From an uncultured Thermoleophilia bacterium (GTDB lineage: Bacteria > Actinomycetota > Thermoleophilia > UBA2241), in contig CAVPCT010000005.1 in NCBI GenBank assembly GCA_963702475.1, positions 352,001 to 416,000 of the forward strand: a DNA stretch of 64,000 nucleotides, written 5' to 3'. A program made the position numbers and the translations under genes. Numbering within the stretch: position 1 is the stretch's first letter; each line of letters begins with the position of its first letter. The notes under the pieces are model-generated. The model searched no databases, was not told the DNA's origin, and saw only the letters and a list, made by a program, of their open reading frames with translations. Shown in pieces: positions 46,945-56,618 of this stretch.

Positions 46945-47171
46945 TTGGTCCTCCTTGCTGACCGGCGTGTATGCGCGGCCAGCGGCTGCCCCGCGGCCGA
47001 CCCGACTCTACCAGTCGCGCCGCCGCTTCTGTACCGGGTGCAGGGGTCCGAGTGGTGGACAATCGCGACGAGACGGCCGGACCGCACCGGCGGCGACCGG
47101 CGCCTCGCTGCCGGCATGAGCCTCGCCCCACGGCTCGCGGCCCGGCGGGTCAGCCGCTACACTGGTCAGCC

Positions 47172-48572
47172 ATGCCACCACGCCCCGGAGAGACCGTCGA
47201 CCTCGACGTCACCGCGCTCGCCTACGGCGGGCAGGGCGTCGCGCGCCTCGACGATTTCGTCGTGTTCGTGCGCGGCGCCGTTCCCGGCGACTCCGTGCGC
47301 GCCCGCGTGACGAAGCGCAAGAGGAACCACGCCGAGGCGCGGGTCCTCGAGATCCTCACGCCGTCCCCGCGCCGGGTAGCGGCGACGTGCGGGCACGCCG
47401 ACGAGTGCGGCGGCTGCGAGTGGCAGACGCTGGCCTACGACGCCCAGCTCGAGCTCAAACAGGAGCAGGTGGTGGAGTCGCTCCGCAGGCTCGGGCACCT
47501 GGAGGGGTACGAGCTCGAGCCCATCCGCGGCATGGCCCGCCCCTGGCGCTACCGCAACAAGATGGAGCTCTCCTTTGGCGAAGACGACGACGGCCGCCTG
47601 CTGCTCGGCCTGCACCGGCGAGGCTCCTGGCGGGAGATCGTGGAGACGACCGCCTGCCACCTCGCCTCAGAGCGCATGGAGAACGCCCGTCAGGCCGTCG
47701 CCGACGCGTGCAGGGAGCTCGGTCTGCAGGCCTACTCCCGCGAGGGGCACTCCGGCCTGCTGCGCCACCTGCAGGTGCGTGAGGGCAGCGCCTCCGGTGA
47801 CCTCCTGCTCAACCTCTTCGTGTCGCGGCGCTTCGCCGAGGAGGCGGCGCTGGCGGAGCGTGTCGCCGCTGCCTGCGGCTGCACGTCGTTCGGAGTGACC
47901 GTCAACGCCACACCGGCCGACGCCGCCGTCGGCGACGGGCCGCACATGCTGCTCGGCCCGCCGTACTTCAGGGAACAGCTGGCCGGCGTGGACCTGCGGG
48001 TGCCGGCCGGCGCCTTTCTGCAGACCAACAGCGAGATGTGCGCGGTGCTGTACGCGGTCGCGCTGCGCTTCGCGCGGCCCGACCCGGCGCGGCCCGCCGT
48101 GGATCTGTACTGCGGCATCGGCTCCCTGAGCCTGCCGCTGGCTCGGCAGGCCGCCTTCGTGCACGCCGTGGAGATCCAGGAGGAGGCGATCGCCGCGGCC
48201 GGCGAGAACGCCGTGCTCAACGGGATCAGCAACGTGACCTTCCACGCCCGCGACGTGCGCCCGCTGCTCAAGGCGCCTCCCCACCCCACCCTGGACGCGG
48301 CGCGCGCCGACGACGCCGACCGTCCCGCCGTGGTCGTCGCCGACCCGCCGCGCGCCGGCCTGGCCCGCAAGGCCCTGCAGCGCGCGGCAGCCCTCGGCGC
48401 CGAGCGCCTCGTCTACGTGTCGTGCAATCCGACGACGCTGGCCGGCAACGGCGCCGAGCTCGCCGAGCTCGGCTACCGGCTCACGCGCGTGGCGCCGGTC
48501 GACATGTTCCCGCAGACGCACCACATCGAGACGGTCGCGTTGTTCGAACGAGAAGGCGCCGGACTCGTCTGA
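47172..48572 (+). CDS. rlmD: 23S rRNA m5U1939 methyltransferase
   Basis: TRAM domain, CGGC, YRNK, FLQTN, DLYCGIG, DPPRAG, YVSCNP, DMFPQT.HIE. Confidence 0.93.
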   Translation: MPPRPGETVDLDVTALAYGGQGVARLDDFVVFVRGAVPGDSVRARVTKRKRNHAEARVLEILTPSPRRVAATCGHADECGGCEWQTLAYDAQLELKQEQVVESLRRLGHLEGYELEPIRGMARPWRYRNKMELSFGEDDDGRLLLGLHRRGSWREIVETTACHLASERMENARQAVADACRELGLQAYSREGHSGLLRHLQVREGSASGDLLLNLFVSRRFAEEAALAERVAAACGCTSFGVTVNATPADAAVGDGPHMLLGPPYFREQLAGVDLRVPAGAFLQTNSEMCAVLYAVALRFARPDPARPAVDLYCGIGSLSLPLARQAAFVHAVEIQEEAIAAAGENAVLNGISNVTFHARDVRPLLKAPPHPTLDAARADDADRPAVVVADPPRAGLARKALQRAAALGAERLVYVSCNPTTLAGNGAELAELGYRLTRVAPVDMFPQTHHIETVALFEREGAGLV

Positions 48573-48673
48573 CCGGAGGACGGCGGCGAGCCATGAGGGC
48601 GCACCGGCTGTCGCCGCGGCCGCCCCGGCGCGGCGGCCGCCCACTCTCGCCGGCGTCCGCGCGCGGGCGCCCC

Positions 48674-49477
48674 TCACACCGGACCGGCCGAGGGCCTCCT
48701 GAGCTTCTTCACGAACAGGTCGGCGTTCACCGCGAGGAACGCGACGGACAGCAGCGGCAGAGCCGGCAACGCCGTCCACCACATGGCCATGGCGATGGTG
48801 GCGAGGAACGACGCCGACATCGCCACAGCGCTCCAGCCGGTCCGCAGCCCGAAGCGACTGGCCGTGCCCAGGTACAGCGCGAGGAAGATGACGTCGCTGA
48901 TGCCCAGGCCCGTGAAGGCCTCCGTGTAGCTGTAGCCGGCCCAGGTGATGGCCACCGTGAAGTAGCCGACCACCACGGGGCCCTGGCCGATGATCGCCCT
49001 GGTCGGCCCGGCCGCCACGCTGACGATGTCGACGGCGGCCGACACGCCGGCGACCACGAGGATCCAGCTGAGGCGCTCGAGCTCGTCGGAGATCCAGATG
49101 CCGAGCGCGGCGGCCGCGACCACCTTGGCGACGTTGGCGAACGGCACCCACCCGAGCCACACGAAGAGCGCGGCGAGCGGCAGCGCGACCAGAGCCAGCA
49201 GCGGCAGGCGGCGACCAAGACGCCGCAGGGGCAGCAGGCCCCACACAAGGACGGCCATCACCGCGAGGACCAGCGCGGACGACAGCATGATGTCCAGCCG
49301 CACGGGCAGCGCCGGGAGCAGTGAGCTGAACGCCCCCCAGAGGACGAGGACGGCGGCCGCGGCCAAGGCAGGCGCCAAGGCGACGGACAGCGGTGTGTCG
49401 CCTCCGGCGGGGGCGGACGACTCGTCGGAGGCCGGGAGCGGCTGGGGTCCCGAAGGCGCGCCGGACGACCGGCTCAC
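48674..49477 (-). CDS. Polytopic membrane protein with presenilin/SPP-like motifs (start uncertain)
   Basis: Multiple TMs; AVDIVSV, GLGISD, LPALP. Confidence 0.6.
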   Translation of the reverse strand: MSRSSGAPSGPQPLPASDESSAPAGGDTPLSVALAPALAAAAVLVLWGAFSSLLPALPVRLDIMLSSALVLAVMAVLVWGLLPLRRLGRRLPLLALVALPLAALFVWLGWVPFANVAKVVAAAALGIWISDELERLSWILVVAGVSAAVDIVSVAAGPTRAIIGQGPVVVGYFTVAITWAGYSYTEAFTGLGISDVIFLALYLGTASRFGLRTGWSAVAMSASFLATIAMAMWWTALPALPLLSVAFLAVNADLFVKKLRRPSAGPV

Positions 49478-49541
49478 CGGCGCGCCCAACTCACTATGGG
49501 GTGCCTCAGCGGTGCACCCCGCGTCGACCAGACAACGTCGG

Positions 49542-50141
49542 TCAGTATGGCGGGATGTTGTCGTACCACTCGCCGAGACGACGGAAGGCGCGCCAGAACT
49601 CGGCCTTGAGCCGCTGCTCGTCGAGCGACGCGTCGATGTCCGGCGTGACGAGCACCTCGGTGCCCGGGGTGAACTCCACGATCTCGCCGGGCCGGTACTC
49701 GAGGGGCCGGGAGAGCGGGACCTCGGCCGTGTTGAGCGCCGCCACCGTCTCCTCACCCATCGCCACGATGAGCTTGGGGCCCACGATCGCGAGCTCGCGA
49801 CGCAGGTGATCGAGGCACTTCGCCTCCGGAGCGCCACGGACGTCGCCGCACTTGACCACGTTGGTGCCGTACAGCTGGAGCGGGTCGATCTTGAGCCGCT
49901 GACAGCTCTTCATGAGGGCGGTGCCGGCGCGGCCGAAGAACGCGACTCCTTCGTGCAGCTCCGAGGGCCGCGCCTGGTACTTCAGCATGAAGATGTCGGC
50001 CATCGGGTGGCCCGAGCCGATGACGGGCATGGTGCGGGCGTGACTGCAACGGGAGCACCTGAGGATCTCGCCGGTGAGCTCGTTGATCTCCGAGATCGCC
50101 CGGGTCAGGTACTTGTCGTAGATCTCGTTGGGTTGCGCCAC
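49542..50141 (-). CDS. Uracil-DNA glycosylase family protein (family 4-like, divergent)
   Basis: CSRC, FFGRAG, TNVVKC, C...L..EL..V.PKLIVAMG. Confidence 0.8.
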   Translation of the reverse strand: MAQPNEIYDKYLTRAISEINELTGEILRCSRCSHARTMPVIGSGHPMADIFMLKYQARPSELHEGVAFFGRAGTALMKSCQRLKIDPLQLYGTNVVKCGDVRGAPEAKCLDHLRRELAIVGPKLIVAMGEETVAALNTAEVPLSRPLEYRPGEIVEFTPGTEVLVTPDIDASLDEQRLKAEFWRAFRRLGEWYDNIPPY

Positions 50142-50245
50142 GCGGGTTACCTCGATCCCTCGACTCCGCTAGCTAGGTTCGCGCCGCCACCGGGAACTCC
50201 TCGCAGGCGCACGCCGAATACGCGAGGACCAGGATTATACGCGCG

Positions 50246-52162
50246 CTATGCAGGGGATTCATCCTGCCCGGCGGCCTTGCCCGAGCCGCTCATGGTCGTC
50301 TGGATGAACTTGAGCGACTGGAGGTAGATGCGGCTGCGCGGGCGGCGCACGATGCGGCTCTCGGCGAGGGCCGCGACGAAGTCCCCCGGCCCGGTGAAGT
50401 CGTCGATGCCGCACATGGCGGTGCCGATGCCCGGCAGCACATGGGAATCACTGCCGGCGGCGGCAGGGATGCGGTAGCGCTGCGCGAACTGCTCCGCGAG
50501 CTCGTTGAACCCGGGAAACGCGAGGCGCGAGTTGAAGACCTCAAGCACGTCTATGTCGGCCACGTTGGCGCGGAGCACCCGCGGGGCCGGGATGGTGTGC
50601 AGGCGGTCGAACGGGTGGGGCACGTAGACGATACCGCCCTGCTCCTTGATGGCCGCGACCGTCTCAGCGAAGGTGAGCCCGCCGGGGATCGTGCGCTCGA
50701 GGAACAGGCCGATGACCTCTCCCTCGCTGGACTTGACCTCCTCCCCGACGATCACGCGCACGCCGTAGCGGTCGGCGATGCCGCGCGCCTCGAGGCCTCC
50801 CGCGGCGCTGTCGTGGTCGGTGATCGCGATGACGTCCAGCCCGACCTCGCGGGCGCGTTCCAGGATGGCGGGCACGGGCATCACGCAGTCCTTGCTGTGG
50901 TGTGAGTGCACATGGAAGTCGGCGAACAGCTCTCGCTGCTGGCGGCGGCGGCGCGGCAGCGGCTGACGCCGCCGCCCGGCCACCTCGTCGTACACGTCCT
51001 CGATCTCCGCGCCGATGCGCTCCCAGTCGTAGCGGCGCACGTCGAGAGACGCCTGCCCCGCGAGCCTCGCGCGGAGCGCCGCGTCGTCCAGCAGCAGCCG
51101 CAGGGCCGCGGCCAGCTGGCGCGGACGCCGCGGCGGCACCATGAGGCCGTTCGCGTCGTGGCGGACGACCTCGTCGTAGCCGGGCAGACGCGAGGCGACC
51201 ACCACGGCTCCGCCGGCCATGGCCTCGAGCAGGCAGACGGCGGCCGTCTCCGGCCCCAGCGACGGCGCGCAGAACACGTCGGCGCGCCGGTACACGGCCG
51301 GCATGTCGCTCTGCGGCACTCGCCCCAGGAACGTGACTCTGCCGGAGAAGGCAGGCGGCACCACACGGGCGTAGCGACGCTCCTGGCGGTCGCCGCCGCA
51401 CACCTTCAGCGTGAGGTCGGAGGCGCGGTCCTCCAGGAGCCGCAGCGCGCGCAGCAGCACGCCGAGGCCCTTGCGGCGCGTGTCCGCGCCGGTGAACAGC
51501 AGCCGCAACGGCCGGCGCGCCGCTTCGCCGGCGCCGGCCGGCGCGTGCCGCCCGGCGAAGCGTTGCAGGTCCACGCCGGGGGGGATCACCCGGTAGGCAC
51601 CGGGAAAGGCCAGCGATGCCGCGTCGCGCGTGGCCGCCGACGAGGCGATGGCCGCGTCCAGAGAGTCGAACAGCCGGCGCAGCCTGGGTTTCGTCGCGAG
51701 GAACGGCGCCGTGCGCTCGGGGTTGGCGTGGAAGGTGGCCACGAGCGGGCAGTTCGCATGGCGGAGCGCGGTCCAGCCCAGTCCGGGGACGAAGGGTTCG
51801 TGCAGGTGCAGGAGGTCGAGGTCCTCGGCCTCGAGCAGCACGTCGATGTTGGCCATGAGGTCGGCAGGCGCGGCGATGAGCTTCAGCGAAGAACGGTCCT
51901 CCTTGACGGCGTAGGTCGCGCCCGCGAAGAAGTAGCGCGGGTACGGCTCGCCGGGCAGAAAGGCGGTCTCGCGCTCGCCGGTCAGCACCGCCTGTACGCG
52001 GCGTCGCGCCTCCCCTACGGCCTGCCGGTCGGCGCTCGGAGCGATGACGGTGACGCGGTGGCCGCTGGCGGTGAGCCGTTCCACGAGGGCCTCCACCTGG
52101 CGGTTCACGCCCGACGGGTCGGTCCACAGGAACGGCGTGAGGATGCCGAGCTTGAGCGTCAT
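50246..52162 (-). CDS. GT4 glycosyltransferase (PimA-like) fused to a PHP domain
   Basis: HLHEP, ATFH, VIPPGVD, LLEAMAGG; then DFHVHS, ITDH, PHPFD, GSDSH. Confidence 0.85.
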   Translation of the reverse strand: MTLKLGILTPFLWTDPSGVNRQVEALVERLTASGHRVTVIAPSADRQAVGEARRRVQAVLTGERETAFLPGEPYPRYFFAGATYAVKEDRSSLKLIAAPADLMANIDVLLEAEDLDLLHLHEPFVPGLGWTALRHANCPLVATFHANPERTAPFLATKPRLRRLFDSLDAAIASSAATRDAASLAFPGAYRVIPPGVDLQRFAGRHAPAGAGEAARRPLRLLFTGADTRRKGLGVLLRALRLLEDRASDLTLKVCGGDRQERRYARVVPPAFSGRVTFLGRVPQSDMPAVYRRADVFCAPSLGPETAAVCLLEAMAGGAVVVASRLPGYDEVVRHDANGLMVPPRRPRQLAAALRLLLDDAALRARLAGQASLDVRRYDWERIGAEIEDVYDEVAGRRRQPLPRRRRQQRELFADFHVHSHHSKDCVMPVPAILERAREVGLDVIAITDHDSAAGGLEARGIADRYGVRVIVGEEVKSSEGEVIGLFLERTIPGGLTFAETVAAIKEQGGIVYVPHPFDRLHTIPAPRVLRANVADIDVLEVFNSRLAFPGFNELAEQFAQRYRIPAAAGSDSHVLPGIGTAMCGIDDFTGPGDFVAALAESRIVRRPRSRIYLQSLKFIQTTMSGSGKAAGQDESPA

Positions 52163-52276
52163 GGCGCCACTCTACCGCACCACCTCAGCGAGCGCCCTGC
52201 GGCGCCCGAAGGCCGGTCGGGCGTCGGTGCCTGAGGCGCGGCAACTGACCGGCGCCATTCGGTCCTGGGCATCAGA

Positions 52277-52309
52277 AAGGGGGCCGGGGCCTCACGACCC
52301 CGGCCCCCT
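52277..52309 (-). terminator. Hairpin downstream of ino1
   Basis: agggggccgggg...ccccggccccct inverted repeat. Confidence 0.55.
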
Positions 52310-52444
52310 CGGAAAGCGTGTCCCAACGAAGGCTATCCCTTACGACGCACCCTTCGTCGATCCCGCTGCGTAGGTCAGTGAGCGGTGTGCCTGCGGCGCC
52401 CCGCTCGTTGACTTGCCTGCGGCGCCTGACGGCGCCTGCGGCGG

Positions 52445-53596
52445 TCAATCCTTTGCGGTTGCTTTCGCTTTGGGCTTGACGCCCGGCATGCCCTCGCCCT
52501 GGCACACGGCATTGGCGCCGTAGCCCTCGCCGGCGATGAACTCCTCCGTCATGCGCCGGCACTGGTCGTCCGGATGCTGCACCGGCGGGGACTTCATGAA
52601 GTAGCTGCTGGGGGCCTCCAGGGAACCGGCCAGGCCCCTGTCGAGCCCGATCTTGGCGCAGCGCACCGCGTCGATGACGATGCCGGCGCTGTTGGGCGAG
52701 TCGACGACCTCGAGCTTGAGCTCGATGTTGAGCGGTACGTCGCCGAAGGTGCGGCCCTCCATGCGGATGTACGCCCACTTGCGGTCGTCGAGCCACTCCA
52801 CGTAGTCACTGGGGCCGATGTGCACGTTCTTGGCGCCCATGTCGTAGTCCAGCTGACTGGTGACGGCGTTGGTCTTGCTGACCTTCTTGCTCTCCAGGCG
52901 CTCGCGCTCGAGCATGTTGAGGAAGTCGGTGTTGCCGCCCACGTTGAGCTGGCTGGTGCGCTCGAGCCGCACGCCCCGTTCGCGCATGAGGCGGGTGAGC
53001 ACGCGATGAACGATGGTGGCGCCCACCTGGCTCTTGATGTCGTCGCCGATGATGGGCACGCCGGCCTCGACGAAGCGCTTCTGCCAGTAGGGCTCACGGG
53101 CGATGAACACAGGGATGCAGTTCACCATGGCGCACCCGGCCGTGAGGATCTGCTCGGTGTACCACTTGGTGGCCTCTTCGCTACCCACCGGCAGGTAGTT
53201 GATGACCACGTCGGTCTGCGTCTCCTTGAGGATCCCGACGATATCGGCCGTCGGGCCCGGCGCCTTCTCGATGATCTGCGAGAGGTACTTGCCGAGCCCG
53301 TCGTGGGTCATGCCGCGCACGACCTTGACGCCCTTCTCGGGGACCTCGGCGAACTTGATGGTGTTGTTGGGCCTGGTGAAGACGGCCTCGCTGAGGTCCT
53401 TACCCACCTTGTTCTTGTCGATGTCGATGGCAGCCACGAACTCGATGTCGCGGATGTGATAGCCACCGACGACGGGGTGCATGAGACCGGGGACGAAGTC
53501 GGTCTTCTTGGCGTTCTTGTAGAACTCCACGCCTTGGACGAGCGACGAGGCGCAGTTGCCCACACCGATGATCGCGACGCGTACCGGGTTACCCAA
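52445..53596 (-). CDS. ino1: myo-inositol-1-phosphate synthase
   Basis: [44 protein letters not shown]. Confidence 0.95.
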   Translation of the reverse strand: MGNPVRVAIIGVGNCASSLVQGVEFYKNAKKTDFVPGLMHPVVGGYHIRDIEFVAAIDIDKNKVGKDLSEAVFTRPNNTIKFAEVPEKGVKVVRGMTHDGLGKYLSQIIEKAPGPTADIVGILKETQTDVVINYLPVGSEEATKWYTEQILTAGCAMVNCIPVFIAREPYWQKRFVEAGVPIIGDDIKSQVGATIVHRVLTRLMRERGVRLERTSQLNVGGNTDFLNMLERERLESKKVSKTNAVTSQLDYDMGAKNVHIGPSDYVEWLDDRKWAYIRMEGRTFGDVPLNIELKLEVVDSPNSAGIVIDAVRCAKIGLDRGLAGSLEAPSSYFMKSPPVQHPDDQCRRMTEEFIAGEGYGANAVCQGEGMPGVKPKAKATAKD

Positions 53597-53721
53597 GATC
53601 GGTTACCTCCACTGGCTGCGGCCGCTGGCGCGGCCGCACGAGTCAGAACCGACTGAGGGACGCACGGAAGCGCCGCGCCGGTTCGCGATGACCGCGGGAG
53701 TATATCACGGTGCTGCGACCG

Positions 53722-54342
53722 TCAGGCCGCGTCGGCACGCCGCAGCTTGCGCATGACGTGGAGCATGCGCTGGACCACGGTGAGCGACGTGAGCACAGCG
53801 AGGATCCACAGCACGTAGACCAGCACGCTCTGGTCGCCCAGATGCCAGCCGGAGAGCAGAAAGCCCAGGCCGAGGACGACGAGGCGCTCCGGCCGCGACA
53901 TCAGGCCCACCTTGCACTCCACCCCGAGGGCCTCGGCCCGGGCCCGCGTGTACGAGACCATCTGCGAGGCCCCCATGAAGAAGAGTGCGGCCGCCGCCGT
54001 CCACCACATGTCCTGACCGGCGAAGTAGACGGTCAGCGCGCCGGCCACCAGGAGCTCGGAGACGCGGTCGGTGGTGGAGTCGAGGAAGGCGCCGGCCTTG
54101 GTCGGCCCCGCTCCGGCACGCGCGACCGCGCCGTCGAGGGCGTCGCAGATCGCGGCCAGCACCCCGAGAGGCACGGCCCAGACGAAGTGACCGGTGAGGA
54201 CCAGCGGCACCACGCCGACCTGCAGAAGCAGCCCGAAATAGGTGAGCATGTCGGCGGTGATGCCGGCGTGGGCGAGCACGACACCGACCTTGAAGAAGCC
54301 GCGCCGCCCGGCGTCGGTGTAGCGGGTCTTGAGGTTCGCCAC
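53722..54342 (-). CDS. CDP-alcohol phosphatidyltransferase (PIP synthase-like)
   Basis: DALDGAVAR...GAFLDSTTDR; SYTRARAEALG; RPERL. Confidence 0.9.
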   Translation of the reverse strand: MANLKTRYTDAGRRGFFKVGVVLAHAGITADMLTYFGLLLQVGVVPLVLTGHFVWAVPLGVLAAICDALDGAVARAGAGPTKAGAFLDSTTDRVSELLVAGALTVYFAGQDMWWTAAAALFFMGASQMVSYTRARAEALGVECKVGLMSRPERLVVLGLGFLLSGWHLGDQSVLVYVLWILAVLTSLTVVQRMLHVMRKLRRADAA

Positions 54343-54343
54343 G

Positions 54344-55138
54344 TCAGCCGTCGCGCTCGCGGACCGGCACCGTCTCGGCGACGGGGGTGTCGCCTGGCTG
54401 GAGGCTCAGGGCCAGGGCCCAGGCCGCGGCGATGACCAGCACGCTGCCGACCGCATCCACGATGAAGTGGTTGCCCGTGGCGACGATGACCACCAGCACC
54501 AACGACGGGTACAGGAAGCCGCCCCAGCGCAGCCACCTCTGCCGTGCCAGCATGAAGAGGAGCAGCGCGATGAAGAGCGCGTAGGCGAAGTGCAGGCTCG
54601 GCATGGCGGCGAAGGGGTTGGCCAGAAGGCCGTTCTCGTAGATGGCCGGGCGCTTGCCGTACATGTAGCTCATGTCCACGATGCCGGCCGTGAAGATCAT
54701 GCGCGGTGGGGCCGTGGGCAGAAGGAGGTAGAGCAGCAGCGCCATGAAGTTCATGCCCAGGAACCAGTTGCGCACGAGCTTCCACTGGTCGCGACGCTGG
54801 GTGAACACCCACACCATGGCGCCGATGATGAGGGGCAGGTGGAGGGCGCCGTAGGCCCAGACCATGAACCCCATCGCCCCCGGGATCGAGCTGATGTGGC
54901 TCTGCACCCACGGCTCGACGTAGATGTGCATGGCCTTCTCGAGGTTCAGGAAGAAGAGGCCGTTGGCCATGGCCGTGTCTTCGCGGCCGACCACGAGCGC
55001 GCGGGAGACGTCGTAGGCCGCGTACATGGCGAGCATGAGGAGGCCCTGACGGAGCACGTCTTCGCCGCCGGTGCGGGCGAAGGAGAAACGGGCGTCGGTG
55101 AGGAGGCGCCCTACGCGGGGTTTCATGCGGCCGTTCAC
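54344..55138 (-). CDS. PAP2-family (Aur1/Ipt1-like) membrane phosphotransferase/phosphatase
   Basis: PTAPPR, FAAMPSLH, ATGNHFIVD. Confidence 0.85.
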   Translation of the reverse strand: MNGRMKPRVGRLLTDARFSFARTGGEDVLRQGLLMLAMYAAYDVSRALVVGREDTAMANGLFFLNLEKAMHIYVEPWVQSHISSIPGAMGFMVWAYGALHLPLIIGAMVWVFTQRRDQWKLVRNWFLGMNFMALLLYLLLPTAPPRMIFTAGIVDMSYMYGKRPAIYENGLLANPFAAMPSLHFAYALFIALLLFMLARQRWLRWGGFLYPSLVLVVIVATGNHFIVDAVGSVLVIAAAWALALSLQPGDTPVAETVPVRERDG

Positions 55139-55360
55139 GGCGCCGGGACTCCCGTCAGGTGAAGTGCGTCATCGCGGCCCATCCAAAGAACGATAGCAGA
55201 GCCGCGGACGAAGCAGCAACTACGTCGCCGCGGGATCCTTTCGTGCGATCCCGTCGTATCGTGTCCTGCAGCGAAGAGAGGCGATGCGGATGGTCGCCGG
55301 CAGGCGGAAGAGGCGAACGAGGAAGGCGCCGGGACGCCTGAGGGATGGGCTGGTCGGCGC

Positions 55361-55436
55361 TGGTGGGCCGTGAAGGATTCGAACCTTCGACCTTGGGATT
55401 AAGAGTCCCCTGCTCTACCAACTAAGCTAACGGCCC
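55361..55436 (-). tRNA. tRNA-Lys(CUU)
   Basis: GGGCCGTTAGCTTAG...ggga-CTCTTAA-tccc...GGTTCGAATCC...CGGCCCACCA. Confidence 0.95.
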
Positions 55437-55569
55437 ACACGTGGCGAGGCGCTATGCTACCAGCCTCGCCCAGTCTTGCCAAACCGGCGCCGCCGCGCCC
55501 GCAGTGCTGCGGCGGAGTGGCCTGGAACGGCGCCCCAGGACACGCCGACGCGCGGTCAGGGCGCCGCCT

Positions 55570-55803
55570 TCACTGGTCAAAGACGTGGCTGCCGGCCACG
55601 TCGTAGCCCTCTTCCTGGACGGCCGCCTCGACCGTCTCGAGCGACACCGCGTCGGGGTCGAAGTCCACGGTGACGCTCTTGGCCTCGATATCAACGTCCA
55701 CGCACGAGACGCCGTTGACCTGCTTGACGGCACTCTCGATGGCCATCTTGCAGTGGCTGCACGACACGGTCGGTACGTTGAGCACCGCGTGGGTGGTGGC
55801 CAT
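55570..55803 (-). CDS. copZ: Copper chaperone CopZ (HMA domain)
   Basis: VSCSHC, GYDV. Confidence 0.85.
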   Translation of the reverse strand: MATTHAVLNVPTVSCSHCKMAIESAVKQVNGVSCVDVDIEAKSVTVDFDPDAVSLETVEAAVQEEGYDVAGSHVFDQ

Positions 55804-55805
55804 GG

Positions 55806-56618
55806 TCACTCCTCCTCTCGGTCCGGTCTACCGAGCTCGGCCAGTCTGTAGGTGGCCGAGTGGCCCTCGCCGTGGTCGACGGTGACGCTGTCCACCGGCG
55901 CGAGCAGCTCGATGACCTTTCCTTCCCCGCCGGGGGTGGAGATGATCGCGCCGCGTTTGGGAGCGCGTTTGCGGAACGACAGGTAGACCTGGTGCTCGTA
56001 CTTGAGGCAGCACATGAGACGGCCGCAGCAGCCGGAGATCTTCGTGGGGTTGAGGGGCAGGTTCTGATCCTTGGCCATGCGGATGGAGACGGGCTCCTGA
56101 TCGCCGGCGAAGGTGGCGCAGCAGAGGCCGCGGCCGCAGGGGCCGTAGCCGCCGACGATGCGGGACTCGTCGCGGGCGCTGACCTGCTTGAGCTCGACGC
56201 GGCGGCGCAGCCGCTCGTTGAGCCGGCCGACGAGCTCGCGGAAGTCCACGCGCTCCTCGGCGAAGAAAGTGATGGTGAGGCGCCCGCCCTCGAAGGCCTG
56301 GCGCGCCTCGACCACCTTCATGTCGAGGTTCAGCTCGGCCACGAGCTCGCGGCACACGCGCTTGGCCTCGCACTCGGCCTCGCGGTGCGAGTCCAGGGCC
56401 CGCAGGTCCTCCTGCGTGGCCTTGCGCAGCAGGTGCTTGAGGCCTCGCGGCGACTGCTCGGCGGGCACGTCGCTGGGGCCCTTGACGAGCCGCCCGAGGT
56501 CGGCGCCCCGCGTCGTCTCTACGACGACGCGGTCGCCGGGGGCGAGCGCGAGATCCCCCGCTTCGAACTGGTAGACCTTGCCGCCGCCGCGGAACACGAC
56601 GCTGGCGATCCTAGGCAC
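55806..56618 (-). CDS. ricT: PSP1-domain protein RicT/YaaT
   Basis: RVDFRELV, GPCGRGLCC, KISGCCGRLMCCLKYE. Confidence 0.92.
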   Translation of the reverse strand: MPRIASVVFRGGGKVYQFEAGDLALAPGDRVVVETTRGADLGRLVKGPSDVPAEQSPRGLKHLLRKATQEDLRALDSHREAECEAKRVCRELVAELNLDMKVVEARQAFEGGRLTITFFAEERVDFRELVGRLNERLRRRVELKQVSARDESRIVGGYGPCGRGLCCATFAGDQEPVSIRMAKDQNLPLNPTKISGCCGRLMCCLKYEHQVYLSFRKRAPKRGAIISTPGGEGKVIELLAPVDSVTVDHGEGHSATYRLAELGRPDREEE

